DNA of 63,578 nt, counting the filler, from Streblomastix strix (Eukaryota): the NCBI GenBank assembly GCA_008636045.1. It is 3 parts of 3 records of this genome, joined end to end, with 100 filler letters (N's around TTAATTAATTAA, not from the genome) between each part and the next. Parts side by side here need not be neighbours in the genome. Positions count along the whole stretch, not along the records: positions 1 to 21,152 come from SNRW01000394.1; 2 more parts are not named here. The stretch is one strand, 5' to 3'. The stretch's first letter is position 1, and the number at the start of each line of letters is the position of its first letter. Positions 1 through 12,912 of the stretch are shown one piece after another. The translations under genes were made by a program, and so were the position numbers. Under the pieces are notes generated by a model. That model was not told the origin of the DNA and ran no database searches. It saw only the letters and a program-made list of their open reading frames with translations.

Positions 1-359
1 AAAATTATTTTAATATGTTGTTTTCTTGATCTGTAATGGAGAAAATATGATGAATTATAAATAACATATATATAATAGCATATTTAACATGAAATTAATA
101 ATTGCATTTATTTAATATATAAATATTTTTAAAAATTAATAATAATGTATTTCAAAATCAAATAAATTAAGAGTATTTATATTATATAAATATGATTTGT
201 TTTTATAATATATATTAATAAAACATGGAAATTAAATATATATTCAAATATAAGAATTACATAATAATAAATTATTCATCATATTTCATCTATAGAAGTA
301 TAAGAAAATCACATTTTATACATTTAATATATTTACTAAGAAATAATATTTTCTCATAC

Positions 360-3186
360 ATGTGTTACTTCCTTATTCTGTGAATTTTTTGATGGCATCA
401 TTTCGCTGAGCTGCTTTAACACTACCATCTAATCTCACAAATGAATATCGACGAAGACAACAAAGGGAAGTAATAAAGTCGAGCATATGCGTAAAGACGG
501 AACTTATCACAACTTTGTCGTTTGGATACATGCGCTTTATATGGGCAAGAATTGCATCTAGAGCAACGAGTTTAGCTAATAAAAAAAATATAAACATAAA
601 AATTAAAAATTAAAAAGTTCATCATTATAAAATCAAACATGAGCAAGTTATATCAATTGCTTTTAATTAATTAATTTCTTATTCATCTACACAAGATCTA
701 AACAGATCAATAATTGGTTTTTCTTAATCTTCAATATTATCTTCATCTATTTCAATTTATTATTCTTCTTCTCCTATTAAATTATCTTTCACTTTTTCAT
801 TTTATTTTGATCTTCCTTTTTTTCTAGCCTTAACAGTGTGCTTTGAAAGAATAAGTCTTTGTGATTCACTTAGTAAGCTTGAATTAATTGTATCACCCTT
901 ATGTCCACGTCCCTCCAGTGCAGATAAAGCAATATCTTCTGGAAAAATAAGGCCTGGATGATCTGAAAGGAGTCTTAGATATGTTATAAGGAGTAATGCA
1001 GAGGCTGAATTGTGGAAGGCATCAGCAATTTTCTTAGAAATTGCACGACGATACAATTCTAATTATATAGTTGAAGGAAGGCAGAAAATGATATTTTCAT
1101 CTAAAATTGTAAAATTTAGTGATTTAAATAAAATTACATTAAAAAAAATAGTATAAAAGTGAAAATTTTTAATTTTTTTCACATTAAATAAAGAAATATA
1201 TACGTTTCTGTGGAAGTTTGATAACATCTTTAGTTCTTCGTAATATGAAGCTAGATGTACGGGTTGTGAGCTCAGAGCTTAGTGATAAAGCAGATTCTTA
1301 TTCCTTCTTAGTTGAGTGTGAGTCTCTCGCTTTTTAAATGGGGACTGCATAAACGCGTTTGAAGACAGCTTATTGTCCCAAAGCATCAGGATTTACAAAA
1401 TCGCACATTGACCAAAACTCATCTTATCAAAATTATTTGATATTTAAACAAAAACAATTAAAGATCAATTAAAATTAGTATAAAAATGCAAACCTAAGTT
1501 GTTTTGGATAGGAGTTCCTGTAAGAATCACACGTCTCCTTGTTTTTATTTAGCAAAGTGTTTCAGCTGTTTTCGTTTTGCTATTCTTTAGGCGATGGCCC
1601 TCATCACAAACAAGAAGGCCGATATTACATTTGGTAAGTTTATCTATGTTTGATCTTAATGTTTCATAACTTATTATAAGAACATCTAATGTGCTCCCTT
1701 CAATAAATGCATTAATGTCTTATATTGTTTTGGATGTTGTTGCTTCACTGCTTATATATGCAACATGCACTCTGTAAATACCTAACCACTTCTTGAATTC
1801 AACTTTCCAACTCTAAATAATTAAATAAAAAGTATAATGAATATGAGAATTACAAATGCAAAATAAGTAAATTCAAATAAACAAATTTATTAATAAATAA
1901 AGTAAAAACTTGAATAAGTGAAAGAGGACAGACTACAATTACTTTTCTAACAAGTGGAACTCCTAGAGCACTTTGTTTGAGTACAGTCCAGATAAGTGAT
2001 ATTGCTTGGAGACTCTTGCCTACTCCCATCTCATCCGCTAAAATACATCCACCACTTCCTGTCTCTACTCCAGGACCACCAGTAATGCAACTGAGCATAA
2101 ATCGAACTCCTTCAATTTAATGAGGCTCCAAAACAGATGTAAGAACTGGATCAAGAACAACATCTGTTAATAATCGACCAGAAGCATCTTTTGAAGGGTG
2201 ATTTTAATTAAGTATAATAGCACCAGGTGTTTTAGGACTGAATAATGGTTATGGAATTTTAATACTTTCTTTAATAGGTTTTGCTCTGCTTTTTATTAAA
2301 GAATCTATAATGAAATAAAATATAAATTTTAAATTAATAATAATACATTAATATTGTATTTTATACTCTATGCTTCCATGTCTTTAATATGTTCTTCAAT
2401 ACTATCCATTCATTCTAATACTTAAGCTTCTTTTTCTGCAGCTTTTGCAGCCTCTGATTTCTTAGTTTTAAACTTTGATTAAAATGAGTTACTCTATGCC
2501 ATGTTTTTCACTACTTGCACAGCTGTCAGCTTCGAAGATATTCCAAACTAAGACTTTCCAATGAATGCTGTACCATTTTTCACATCTTCAATCTATGCTG
2601 GAGTTAAAATCTACAATTGTTTCATAAAATATTTTGAATTCAATTCATTAATTCAGAATTAAAATAATTATAATACTTCAATCTCTTTTTGTTGTATACG
2701 AAGTGTTGATCCATTAACCAATGTACTAGCTTTGAAACTAAGTCCTTATTTTCCCACAATACGACCCTCTGCATCATATAAACATCCTTACTTATTAATT
2801 ACGGTTAATATTCCGTCTTCATATGTTTTGTGCTTTTTAGTTGAAAATTTAGTAAAAACAACACGAAAACAGGCATCCTTATCATTTAGTTAGTCCTCTT
2901 TCTTAGCTTATATAATTTAAATTTATTAAGTTGGAGGAACAAAAGTTGACTTCACAGGAGTTTTTATTGAACTTTATATTGGAAGACGCTAGATTCCATG
3001 AAGAGTAGATTTAGGGACATTAGAAATAGGTACAACTTATAATTTATTTTCGTTTTCCTTTGTAATTGCTGCGATTATTATTGGATTTTCAACTTTCAGC
3101 ATCGGAGAAACAAATTTTTTCTATTTATTTATTCCAAGGCTATGAGGGGCTATTGTACTTGTTTTTGTATTATTGAGACTATACAT
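360..3186 (-). CDS. RAD54B: Rad54B/Rdh54-like SNF2-family DNA translocase, multi-exon, 3' part missing from the contig
   Basis: With TAR=Gln, spliced exons give N-terminal ...FRVVFTKFSTKKHKTYEDG..., LEPHQIEGVRF, GCILADEMGVGKSLQ (Walker A), LLVCDEGHRLKN (Walker B), LTGTPIQNNL-DEFWSMCDFVNP, FILRRT, LSDHPGL and RLDGSVKAAQRNDAIKKF. ATG at 3186; GT-AG introns. Confidence 0.85.
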
Positions 3187-4852
3187 ATGTATTTAACTAA
3201 AATTATTAAATAAAAAAAATTTAAATTTAAAATTTAATAGATAGATACGGAAATTTTCAAAAATTATTTTAATAATAATTTTTTCGCGGATTTATTTTAT
3301 ATATTTTTTCAATAATTTATATATAGTAATAAACTAATTGTTTTTATGTAATTAGAATTGAATTTAGATCTAAGGAAGTTTTAATAGAGCTAATCTTTGA
3401 GATTGTTGAAGCACAGATTAAACTGAATGAGTATCATTCGTATTTGTATTTGTTTTTGAATTCGATGTAAATATTGTTGAATTTAACTTGTCATTTTGGG
3501 GAAATAGATTTATAAAATATAAAAAAATTATGATTTTGGAGCTTTTATTTGAATTTTAATTTAATATTTTATTATTTTCAGAATAATTTTAAATAAATTA
3601 TTTTAATAAATAAAACCAATAATTAATTTTTATAACTAATTATTATTTTAAAATTTTAAAATAAAAATAATTAAATAACTTCAAAAAATATTGTTGAAAA
3701 TATGAATACAACAATTCTAATTATAAAAATCTATTTAAAATATTAAATTTTTAACAAAATATTATTTATTATTTGAGAATATCGTAAAATATTTTTAAAT
3801 TATTAAAGTTTAATTTTAAACTATTATTTATGCAATATTTTAGTCATTTTTTTTAAAATATCATTAAAATATTTTTTTCATAAATTCAAAATTATGTGTC
3901 AGAGTTTAATAATATACAATTACAAATGATTTTGATAAAATGAAAATTTTTCAAGTAGTTATGATAGAATCTTCTTACAATTCATTTCACTTTATGAATT
4001 ATTTAATAAATATAACTTGCATATTTAAATTATTTTTGATTTAATCTGATTTTATGAAATATGTTAAACAATTTCAAAAACTAATGATATTTTGATTTCA
4101 TTTAACAAAAGTTAATTTATTTGTAAATAGTTCTTAAAATTAATCAAGTTTTAACTGAAAATGCAATTTTATTTTCAATTAATGTGCCTATGTTTTATTT
4201 GAACTGTTTTTGAAGATTTTTTCTCTTTGATATTTATTATAAATATTTTATAATAAAATAAAGTTTTCAAATTTAACATTATTAGAATTTATGCATAAAA
4301 AATTTAAATATAGGTTATGTTTCGAATAAAATTAAAATTATATATAATTAAAACACTATTAAATTAGTGTTTGTTAAAAAAATTTAATATAATCAATATA
4401 TAATACAATAAATAATTTAAAATTATTCTAATAATTTTAATTTCAATTAAAAATTTGAATAAAAAATGATTTTTCTTGAAATATTAATAAATCCTAAGGT
4501 CAATTTTTTTGTTACCAGTTTAACAATTTCTTGCAAAAAAATATTCACTTGCCAACCAGAAATGTCAGCCACTGGCAAGTCCCAACATGTCAAAACACCA
4601 CTATACTTCTTTAGTATAATAATGTATGTCCAGCCCATTTTCACGAAAAAAATTTATAAACTGATTTTTAACTGCCACTTTGAAAATATTCACATTTGTA
4701 AATGAACCAAGAAAAATTAGAATGTATAATTAAAGGGCTTCGTTAAATTTAATTTATGTGTTGTGAGTATTATAGCGCCAATGCTTGTTTCATACCTCCA
4801 TTTATAGAATTTTTGTAAACCGCTATTGGAAGTGACTTTTATTGTATGTTAG

Positions 4853-4881
4853 ACAAGGGGGTTACCCTCGCAACGCTGCAG
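4853..4881 (-). mobile_element. Probable degenerate Helitron 3' terminus (GC-rich hairpin plus CTRR-like end)
   Basis: Minus strand reads TGCAGCGTTGCGAGGGTAACCCC-CTTG|T about 500 bp downstream of the Pif1 helicase remnant. It resembles the subterminal palindrome and CTAG|T end of Helitrons, with point changes. Confidence 0.5.
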
Positions 4882-5367
4882 ATTTTCTGCTATAAATAAA
4901 TATAATTAATATGTTTTTACCGAAAAATTCTAGCATCAAATTTTCAACTGTTAATTAAAAAAATACAATTTTTCTCGACAATAGGAAAGTAACCAAATTT
5001 TTCTAAATATATTTAACATATAATGAATTTATGCTACTAATATATATGTCAGGAATCTTCGAAAAATCGATCATATTTCGATTTTTTTTGCAATAGTAAC
5101 ATCATTTTTTTTATATAAGTTGCATAGATATTATAAATTTTTTAAAATTTGATAATTTTAATTAATAAATTATAGCTGTGGGATTTGCAGACGAATTTAT
5201 GCATTATGGCAGAAATAATGGATCTTGGATAATGGTAAGTTATAAGTAGTTTTACTATTAAATTTGAATATTGATTTTATTAACTATTTATGTCAAATGT
5301 TCGAGTTTAAGATTATAATAATATATATTTTATTTATAATATTAATTTAAATATAAAAAAATAGTTA

Positions 5368-6010
5368 AATGATGCTTTTCAAGACTATATATTTTAGCCT
5401 TTGAATGTTCAACCCCTGCTGAATTGAGACTGTAAACTTTTAATCCCTATCTGCATCAGCAACTTGAAAAAGCAACGTAAAGTTATCCATATGAGATGAC
5501 TTGATGATTAAGTAATGTACCTACTCTATCAAAACTTTATCCTTACGATTTGATTATCATCATGGCTAAGGAGTGTCTGATAGGAAATTACATCCTTGTC
5601 ATTTTAAATAGCATTTTAGAATTATTTGGTTGCATATCCATTCGAGGTAAAAAAAACCTATTTCTTTTTAGTTCTCCAGTTATTCCTTCTAATTTCAAAA
5701 CATAATTGTTCGAAGTTATGACTGCTAGACGCGTTTCGTTGCATAATCCTTCTCGAACATTAATATTTCTAAGCAGCATTACAATTGCTCTACTCTTTAG
5801 TGTCAATCTGTAACGAAGTAATCCAGAAGGTGTGATGCTATGTAAATATTCATTGGTAAACTTGAACATTTGCCCTTCATTATTTGTTATTAAAATTTCA
5901 ATACGTTCATAGAATTTTGACTCCCCTTCCATTTTTTATAATACTTATTCATTAATTTTTAAGCTATCAATATTTTAGGTGAAAGGATAATTACATTATC
6001 AAAAGATTCA
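5368..6010 (-). pseudogene. Helitron-type Pif1 helicase C-terminal remnant
   Basis: IILSPK..IDSLKINEQVL, VMLLRNINVREGLCNETRL, RMQFPIRHSLAMMIIKSQGQSFDRVG, SYGQLYVAFS and KNIV match the Helitron RepHel Pif1 C-terminus. A frameshift near 5975 and an in-frame TGA near 5455 indicate decay. Confidence 0.85.
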
Positions 6011-6788
6011 AAATATGTTACGGAAGGATTATCTTTAAATTGTAACTATTCTAGTAGTTAGTATAAACGAGAGCTGCCCTCACATATAAAACTAACATGA
6101 TTTGTCTATGCCACAAACACGTCAACATTGATGTGAAGCGGTTACAATATTTATGTTCTGAATTACCGGTATTCTTGAATGCTGTATGTTATTGTTTTAT
6201 ATTAGTTTTAAAAGATACTTTGAAGTATCATAATAGTTAGTTGAGATGTGAAGATTAATGTTATAAATGAATGGTTATGTAAGTGTGCGCAGCTGTCGAA
6301 GATGAATGCTTAAACAATATGATTGATTAATGAGTGCGCTAATAAGATCAACAATGTTACACATAACTTAAAAGGTAAATTTTGTGATTGGTCCTAGGAC
6401 AAAGTAATGTCATTTTTCTATGTTTTGGCAGTGCTCATTTATATTAACTACGTCTCCAAATCAAATGATTTGAGTATTACAAGATTAATATGTGAAACTA
6501 GCATAGTTATTAGAGTAATTGTGATTAATAAGACGATTAATTTGTTTGTTAGATTTGAGTTATATGCAAAAGATGGTGCTCGCATTATGAAAGTGTCGAA
6601 TTAAGAAGTCGTAGGTAAATTGATTGAAATAAACCAGTGCATTGAGTGGGTTGAGTGCATCGAGTCACGAGGTTAACTCAAAAGATGTCAGCCAGTAGTC
6701 CAGTTGGACAGTTTTGATTAATGAACTGATTAACGAATCAAGTTAATCTAAATAAATTTATTTTTATTATCAAAACCAAACATTTTAA

Positions 6789-7680
6789 ATGTAAACCAAA
6801 ATGACTTAACTGGAAAATGAGCTCGAAGACAGTAAATTTTTTGAATCAATCTTGAACTATCCAATAAACGTTAAACATGTAACAATTGAGGAAGGAGCAA
6901 AGAGACCATATACTTGTAAATTAGAAATGAATGAGAAAGCTAAAGCATTGATGGAATAAATGTTGAACAAAGTTAATGAGAAAGATAATGAAATCATTGG
7001 TGGAATCGTTAATAAAGTGGTGGACGCATCATTAATTAATGAGACCTTCAATAAACCTATAATTGAACAAACAAACAAAGAGAAACATGAAAATATCCTA
7101 CATGATCTACGTAATGCTGAAGCAGATTAGGAAACAAGACTTACGAAATAATAAAATGCATATAGATTGGATAAATAATGGAAACAAGATGATGAATAAG
7201 AATCAAAGTAGAAAAAAAAGAGAGGAATTTGATAAAAGAGCTAATGAAGTTATTAATAAACAAGCTAATGAAGAAGATAAGAAGAACAAGAGAATTCAAT
7301 AAGCGAATTTGAATAAGTCAACAAGTTGATAAGTGATGCATTTGATGCAGCTAATGAGTAAATATAATCTAGAACAATTAATGAAAGAATTGAAGGTGCT
7401 GTAGTTGATTTATATGAATATCGGAAATTTTCTGATGATAAACTGAAAAATAAACTGTTAACTGGACATGAAATTGACTTAAGCTTATTTAAATATAATT
7501 ATTTATGTATAATTGTTTTTGATATTGATCATGCAAGTAAATTAAACGAAGAAGAGAAAGAGAAAATTTGTTAAAATATAATCAATAATATATTACCTCA
7601 AAATGTTGGGTTAGAATAAAATACAAGAGGTGGTACACATGCATATTTCAGCAGAAACGGAAACAAATTAGTTTATAATT
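6789..7680 (+). pseudogene. Truncated Prim-Pol (AEP superfamily primase-polymerase) gene, paralogue of 10437-12814
   Basis: Coiled-coil N-terminus, then RTINERIE...LCIIVFDIDH...ILPQNVGLEQNTRGGTHAYF, matching the DxD and TxxGGxHxY motifs. Frameshifts near 7215 and 7320; the gene breaks off after the His motif. Confidence 0.7.
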
Positions 7681-9065
7681 TCCAAGTATATCTGATATTA
7701 TAACATCTATCCCTGATTCAAACGAATAAGAACAATTTCCCAGTGAAACTGTTAATTGACAAGCTCATGCATCGTAAAAATAAACAAATGTGGATTAAAA
7801 TGGAGAATAAATTAATATTTGTTCAGAATAATAAATGGATCAGTTCTGATGGTAGCATGCTTTTTAGCTTGAATGATTGTACGAGTTCCGTAACCGAATA
7901 TTTCTAACCAAAAATTTTTGAAGATTTATATTATTTAATAATTAATATCACAATATTAAATAATGAAATAATTTAAAATTTTTTCAAAAAATAATTTTAA
8001 TAATAAAAATTTAAATAAAAAATTTTATAAATTAAATTTATTAAAAATTTTTCAATTAATGAAAAAATTAAATTTTTTTATTTTATTTAAATATATGTAT
8101 AAACTAAGATTTTGTATATATATTTTATTTAACTACTGTAATTAATTATAAATATAATAGTTAATATAATTTATATCCAATGGCCAATATGAATACATCC
8201 ATAGACTGAAACCATCGGAACTGTCCCAATATCAGTTGAGGAATGCTTGGAATTAACACATTCAAGAGTAGCGGATAATTTAGTATTGGACAGAACTGAA
8301 AAATCAAAAATAAATTTAATTTTCAAATCAGGATTCGCGGTATAACACCATTTTGACCATAGCACTAAGAAAAGGCAATATTTTTACTGATGACGTAAAC
8401 AAAATGTTTATCATATAATGGGTCAGTTCCGATGGTATCATTAATGCGTAACAAATAGGATAACTGGAGATGAATATAATTCATTATATGTATAATTTGA
8501 ACTGTATATATTAACTTAACAGTAACTAATTTTCAAAATAACAAAAATATAACTGTTTACAAAGAAAATATAAAATTACCAAATTATTTATATCTTTAAG
8601 AAATTAAAATTTAAAATAGAAATTTAATTTTAACTTAAATTATTTATGAAGAATTAAATTTTTATATGCAATGTAGGAATAATTGTTAAATAAATTTTTC
8701 TAAAAAGTATGTATAGGCATTGTAATTTATGAATTATTTAATTTGCAAAAATTAGTACCATTATTTTTGTTACAACTAAAGCTAAAAATAATGCTACCAT
8801 AGGAATTAACCCAATATACGCAGTGTTTGAGATATTTAGAGGATGAGAACTTAATACTATATTAGATGATACTTACTAGAAAGCATTCACATTAGTCAAT
8901 TAAATGTGTACACTTACAAGGAATGACTACATTTTATAAAATCTGACGTGAACAATAATTAAACTTCCTTCGATTATTGGAACCTAAGAAAGTTATAAAA
9001 TCAGATAAAATATCTTAGCGATGATGAATGGGATCGAGCTGTTAGCCAAAAAGAATTAATGGAAA

Positions 9066-9859
9066 GTTATTCTTAAGATCATCCCGTTTGTTTGTAAGTT
9101 TTCTTGAAGATTAAAGAGATATCAAGTGGCGTTTCTGAAAAATCTGACCGGTTTGCGTTGGATGAAAGGAAAGATAAAACAGAAAATAGTCGATTTAAAG
9201 TAAGATTTCCTCTGATTCATTCAAGAAAATTAAAAATGGCTAAGGATGTCGAAGAAGTTGATGGTAAGGATGATATTGACAGAAACGAAGCACGTATAAA
9301 ATATGATAGAAATGTCAAAACACCAAAAAGAATGTTATTGGTTGCTTATTAATTAAAAGTATAATGAATATGAATAACTGGAATAGAAAAATGAATTTAT
9401 GTAAATAACATAATAAGAAGAAGAAAGATGCTAAGAAGACAGAAGTTAAGAACACAGATGTTAAGAAAGAAGAACCTAAAAAGACAGGAGCGAAATCAGC
9501 CCCGAAACCAAGAAAGATTGTTTGACATAGAAATCATGATAAATTAAATTATTTTTACAAATTTCATTATTAATTTGATAATATCCATTAAAATTTCATC
9601 AAAATCGTTTTGCTAACGATGAAATTCATATCAAATTTGCAAATCTAACTATAAGCATCAATTAAAATTGAAAACTAACTAAAATTTTATTGCTGCAAAT
9701 CTGAGGACATTAGAAATTAGCTTGCAAAATTATAAGACTGAAATTTCTGGCCTTTCTCAAATGAAGATGCTAAAATTGATACCATATTTGAAAAATAACT
9801 AAAACTTAATTATTAATTTTCTATATTTTTAATTTTTTCTAAAATCTCCCATAAACGTC
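9066..9859 (+). repeat. Dispersed direct repeat copy A (internally deleted version of 18016-19489)
   Basis: 9066-9410 aligns by eye with 18016-18360, and 9415-9859 aligns with 19035-19489. Both copies encode ...KKEEPKKTGAKSAPKPRKIV* and share a ~320 bp tail. Confidence 0.9.
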
Positions 9860-10354
9860 AGTAGTTATGAAAATAAGGAGAGTCTCCCACATGAAAGAAA
9901 TTAAATAAATAAAGCAAATAACTTTTGATAAAATAAATAATGGCAAATATATTATGGAAATAAAATTCTAAAATTAATTAAACTAAGACAGAAAATTCAT
10001 ATATGTATGATTAATGTTTGGCCAAATATTGAATGATTTTTGAAATGTATTAGTGAAATACATAAATGATATTCGTTATTGAATTATTTCTTTGTACGTA
10101 TGGCACTCTTCATATTCTCAAAACTACATAGGGCAATTGATGGAGTTGGTTGATGAAATTGGATTGATGGAAATTTAAAATTTATTGGAGAAATCGTTAG
10201 TGAAACCGTGAATAATTGAACATAAAATATATATATATACATGGTGGATTTGGTGGATTCAGTCATAAAACATCAATGAATTTATTGAAAAAGATACGAA
10301 GAAATGGATTAGGTGATGAATGTCTATTGACTGGATCGTGTAGATTGGGTGGAT

Positions 10355-10424
10355 TGAGTCAGAAACTTTTATAAAAAGCTGTGGCCAACAGGACAAATGG
10401 CCAATAATTGAAAAAAATAAAATT
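10355..10424 (+). repeat. Left inverted repeat of the PrimPol-helicase unit
   Basis: TGAGTCAGAAACTTTTATAAAAAGCTGTGGCCAACAGGACAAATGGCCAATAATTGAAAAAAATA matches the reverse complement of 12913-12982 with few mismatches. Confidence 0.9.
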
Positions 10425-10436
10425 GATTCAAATGTT

Positions 10437-12814
10437 TCAAACATTTGCATCTTCATTTGTATCTTCATTGATGTCTTAGTCTTCTTTTCTTAACCTATCA
10501 TATGATTTAATTAAATCTTCATTTAATTTATATATCCATGTTCGTTTTTCGTAAATTTATTTTTTTAATTCTTTGATATTTATTTTTGTGTTATAATTAG
10601 AATGGTTTTTCTTTAACATCGTATGGTTTGAATTATAGTACAATTGTGCAAGGTACGCCTTCCTTAAACGCTTGAAAATTTTATAAGATTACATCATCAA
10701 ATTATGAACGTGATACTCTTATTATGTCCTTTTTCGCCTCTGTGAATGAAATGATTCTTTAGTTCCAGCTTTCAATATTTCTGGTCATAAAATATATAAA
10801 TAAATTATTGTAAAATTCAGTAGTGAAACCATTAGATAAAGATGTGAAATACTCAACGTTTTCTCTATGAGCTGCCTTACATCTGCATGCAACATAACGC
10901 CTATCATTAACTTCTATCTTGATTGGGAAATCGTTATTGGTTACTAATATCAAATTCATAACATTTTCTGATGTTCTACGCGACAAATTTTTTTCATTTA
11001 TTCTTATTTGAATATCAGTTATTATTGACTTCAACGTATCCATGTTCGAATATCTCGCTTCTCCGAAATTTTTAAATTCATTGGCTATTCCAAGCATTAT
11101 ATCTTCCACGACAGAATTAAATTAGCCTGAAAATTCACTAATATCTGTAATATTTTAATTGAATAACCAGCTAATAATTCACATAAAACATCAGTGAATC
11201 TATTTGTGCCTATGCCTTAACTGCCTTATAATATCAATGCCACCTCTGATTTAACACCAACATTTTATATTACAAATGCAGTCCAATTTTGGACATAATT
11301 ATATTTAAATTTTCATCTTCTACTGTTATTGTTTCATATTTTAAATTTTAATAATCATCAATTAGGTCTTCATTAACTGAGGATAATTATTAATATTTAT
11401 TGCCTTAAATATATACTGAAAACGTCTTATTCATCGCTCATAAATTTTATTGCTCTCGGTTCAAATAAAAGATTATATTTTTCTAGAACATGTTTTAATG
11501 TTATTTTCTTTTATCGATCTTCCCATAATCTAACCATTTGCAACTAATCATAAGCTGTTGTTTTATTCATGTATTAAATTTTATTCTTTTTATCTACTGC
11601 ATCGTAATATTTAACTATAAATACTTAACCTCGATCACATGAAGTAGTACGTAATATTCTAGTTAAATCCTGAGCTATTGGTTCATATTCATTATATTTA
11701 TAGATTTCATTTTATAACTTTTTTTACAAGTCGAATAATTTGAAACTGTCTTTTAAATCAATTTTTTATACTTCAATTTAATTTTTACATCTTTTTTGAT
11801 TCGCTAACATAGGCATTACATATTCTTAATTATATTTTGGATTATATTTTTTAATAATTTTATATAAAACGAATGGATGTGATTATTTTTATTCATATCT
11901 TTTTTTAGCTGCATCGAATTATTATTTTGCTCTTTCCGTTAAATTATTATTAATTTTTATGTTTTCATATGTTTCCTAAATGTATTGATTATCAATTCCT
12001 TCAATATTGATTATACTATTAATTGTTGCAAATAATGGAAGTAATACTATTTCATCTTTTAAATTATGACCCTATGAGTCGTTATGTATTTCAAGACTAC
12101 TAATTCCTTTACATAACATAATCACGAAATCCTTTTTCTTATCGATTAATACTGTTGGTTGTAGTAGTGGCTTATCTTACTCATTATGCTATTTCTTTTA
12201 ATTTAGCATGACCTATCAATTTACTTCTAAATCTATTCCAAATATGTTCAAAATTTGTCACAAATCACATAAATTTAATTTATTTAAATAATCATTTATA
12301 GTTTCATATTGATATATAACTATAATTTTACTAATTTATTCGTTTTAATCTTCCATTTGTTTTGTTGCTTTAACTCTGTCATGTATTTTTGACGCACATT
12401 ACATAATCCATCTTTATTTATCATCAATACATGCAAATATATCCACATTAAAATTATCACATTTATAATCTTATATATTTGATGTTCTCAATAATTCAAA
12501 TCCATTGATATCGCAACAAATATGAAGTTCTCAATTTGCTGTTCTGATTAATCCAATATTTTAAGGCATTTTTTCTATAATAGATTTTCGAATTTATTTT
12601 AAATTAATTTATCTAAATTTTTATTTATGTCAATATCAACAACAGCAAGATTTTAACATTTTGATATGTTGATTGCTCTGCCTGAACGTAATTTACCTGT
12701 CTTGCCAATGATTGGAAATTAATTATAATCATAAGTATTCCTATACAAATTTTAAATACGTTCTTGAATTGTTAATGGTTGGCTAGTTTGTGCTCGATTG
12801 TCTTTTGACTCCAT
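10437..12814 (-). pseudogene. PrimPol plus SF3 (D5/NrS-1-like) helicase fusion, viral/plasmid-type replication protein, decayed
   Basis: N-terminus NLAVVDIDIN...MPQNIGLIRTAN*ELHIC, where GG has mutated to TGA-GAA. C-terminus ALILQGSQGIGTNRF (Walker A, K to T), MLGIANE (Walker B), LKSIITD..IRINEK and LILVTNNDFPIKIEVNDRRY (motif C, arginine finger). Several frameshifts. Confidence 0.85.
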
Positions 12815-12912
12815 TTATATATTGTTAAAATGTTGAATTAATTAAAAACAAACACTTTTAATTTTATCATAGAATTAAAATTTTTTATTTTATTTTTTTT
12901 ATTTTTTATAAT

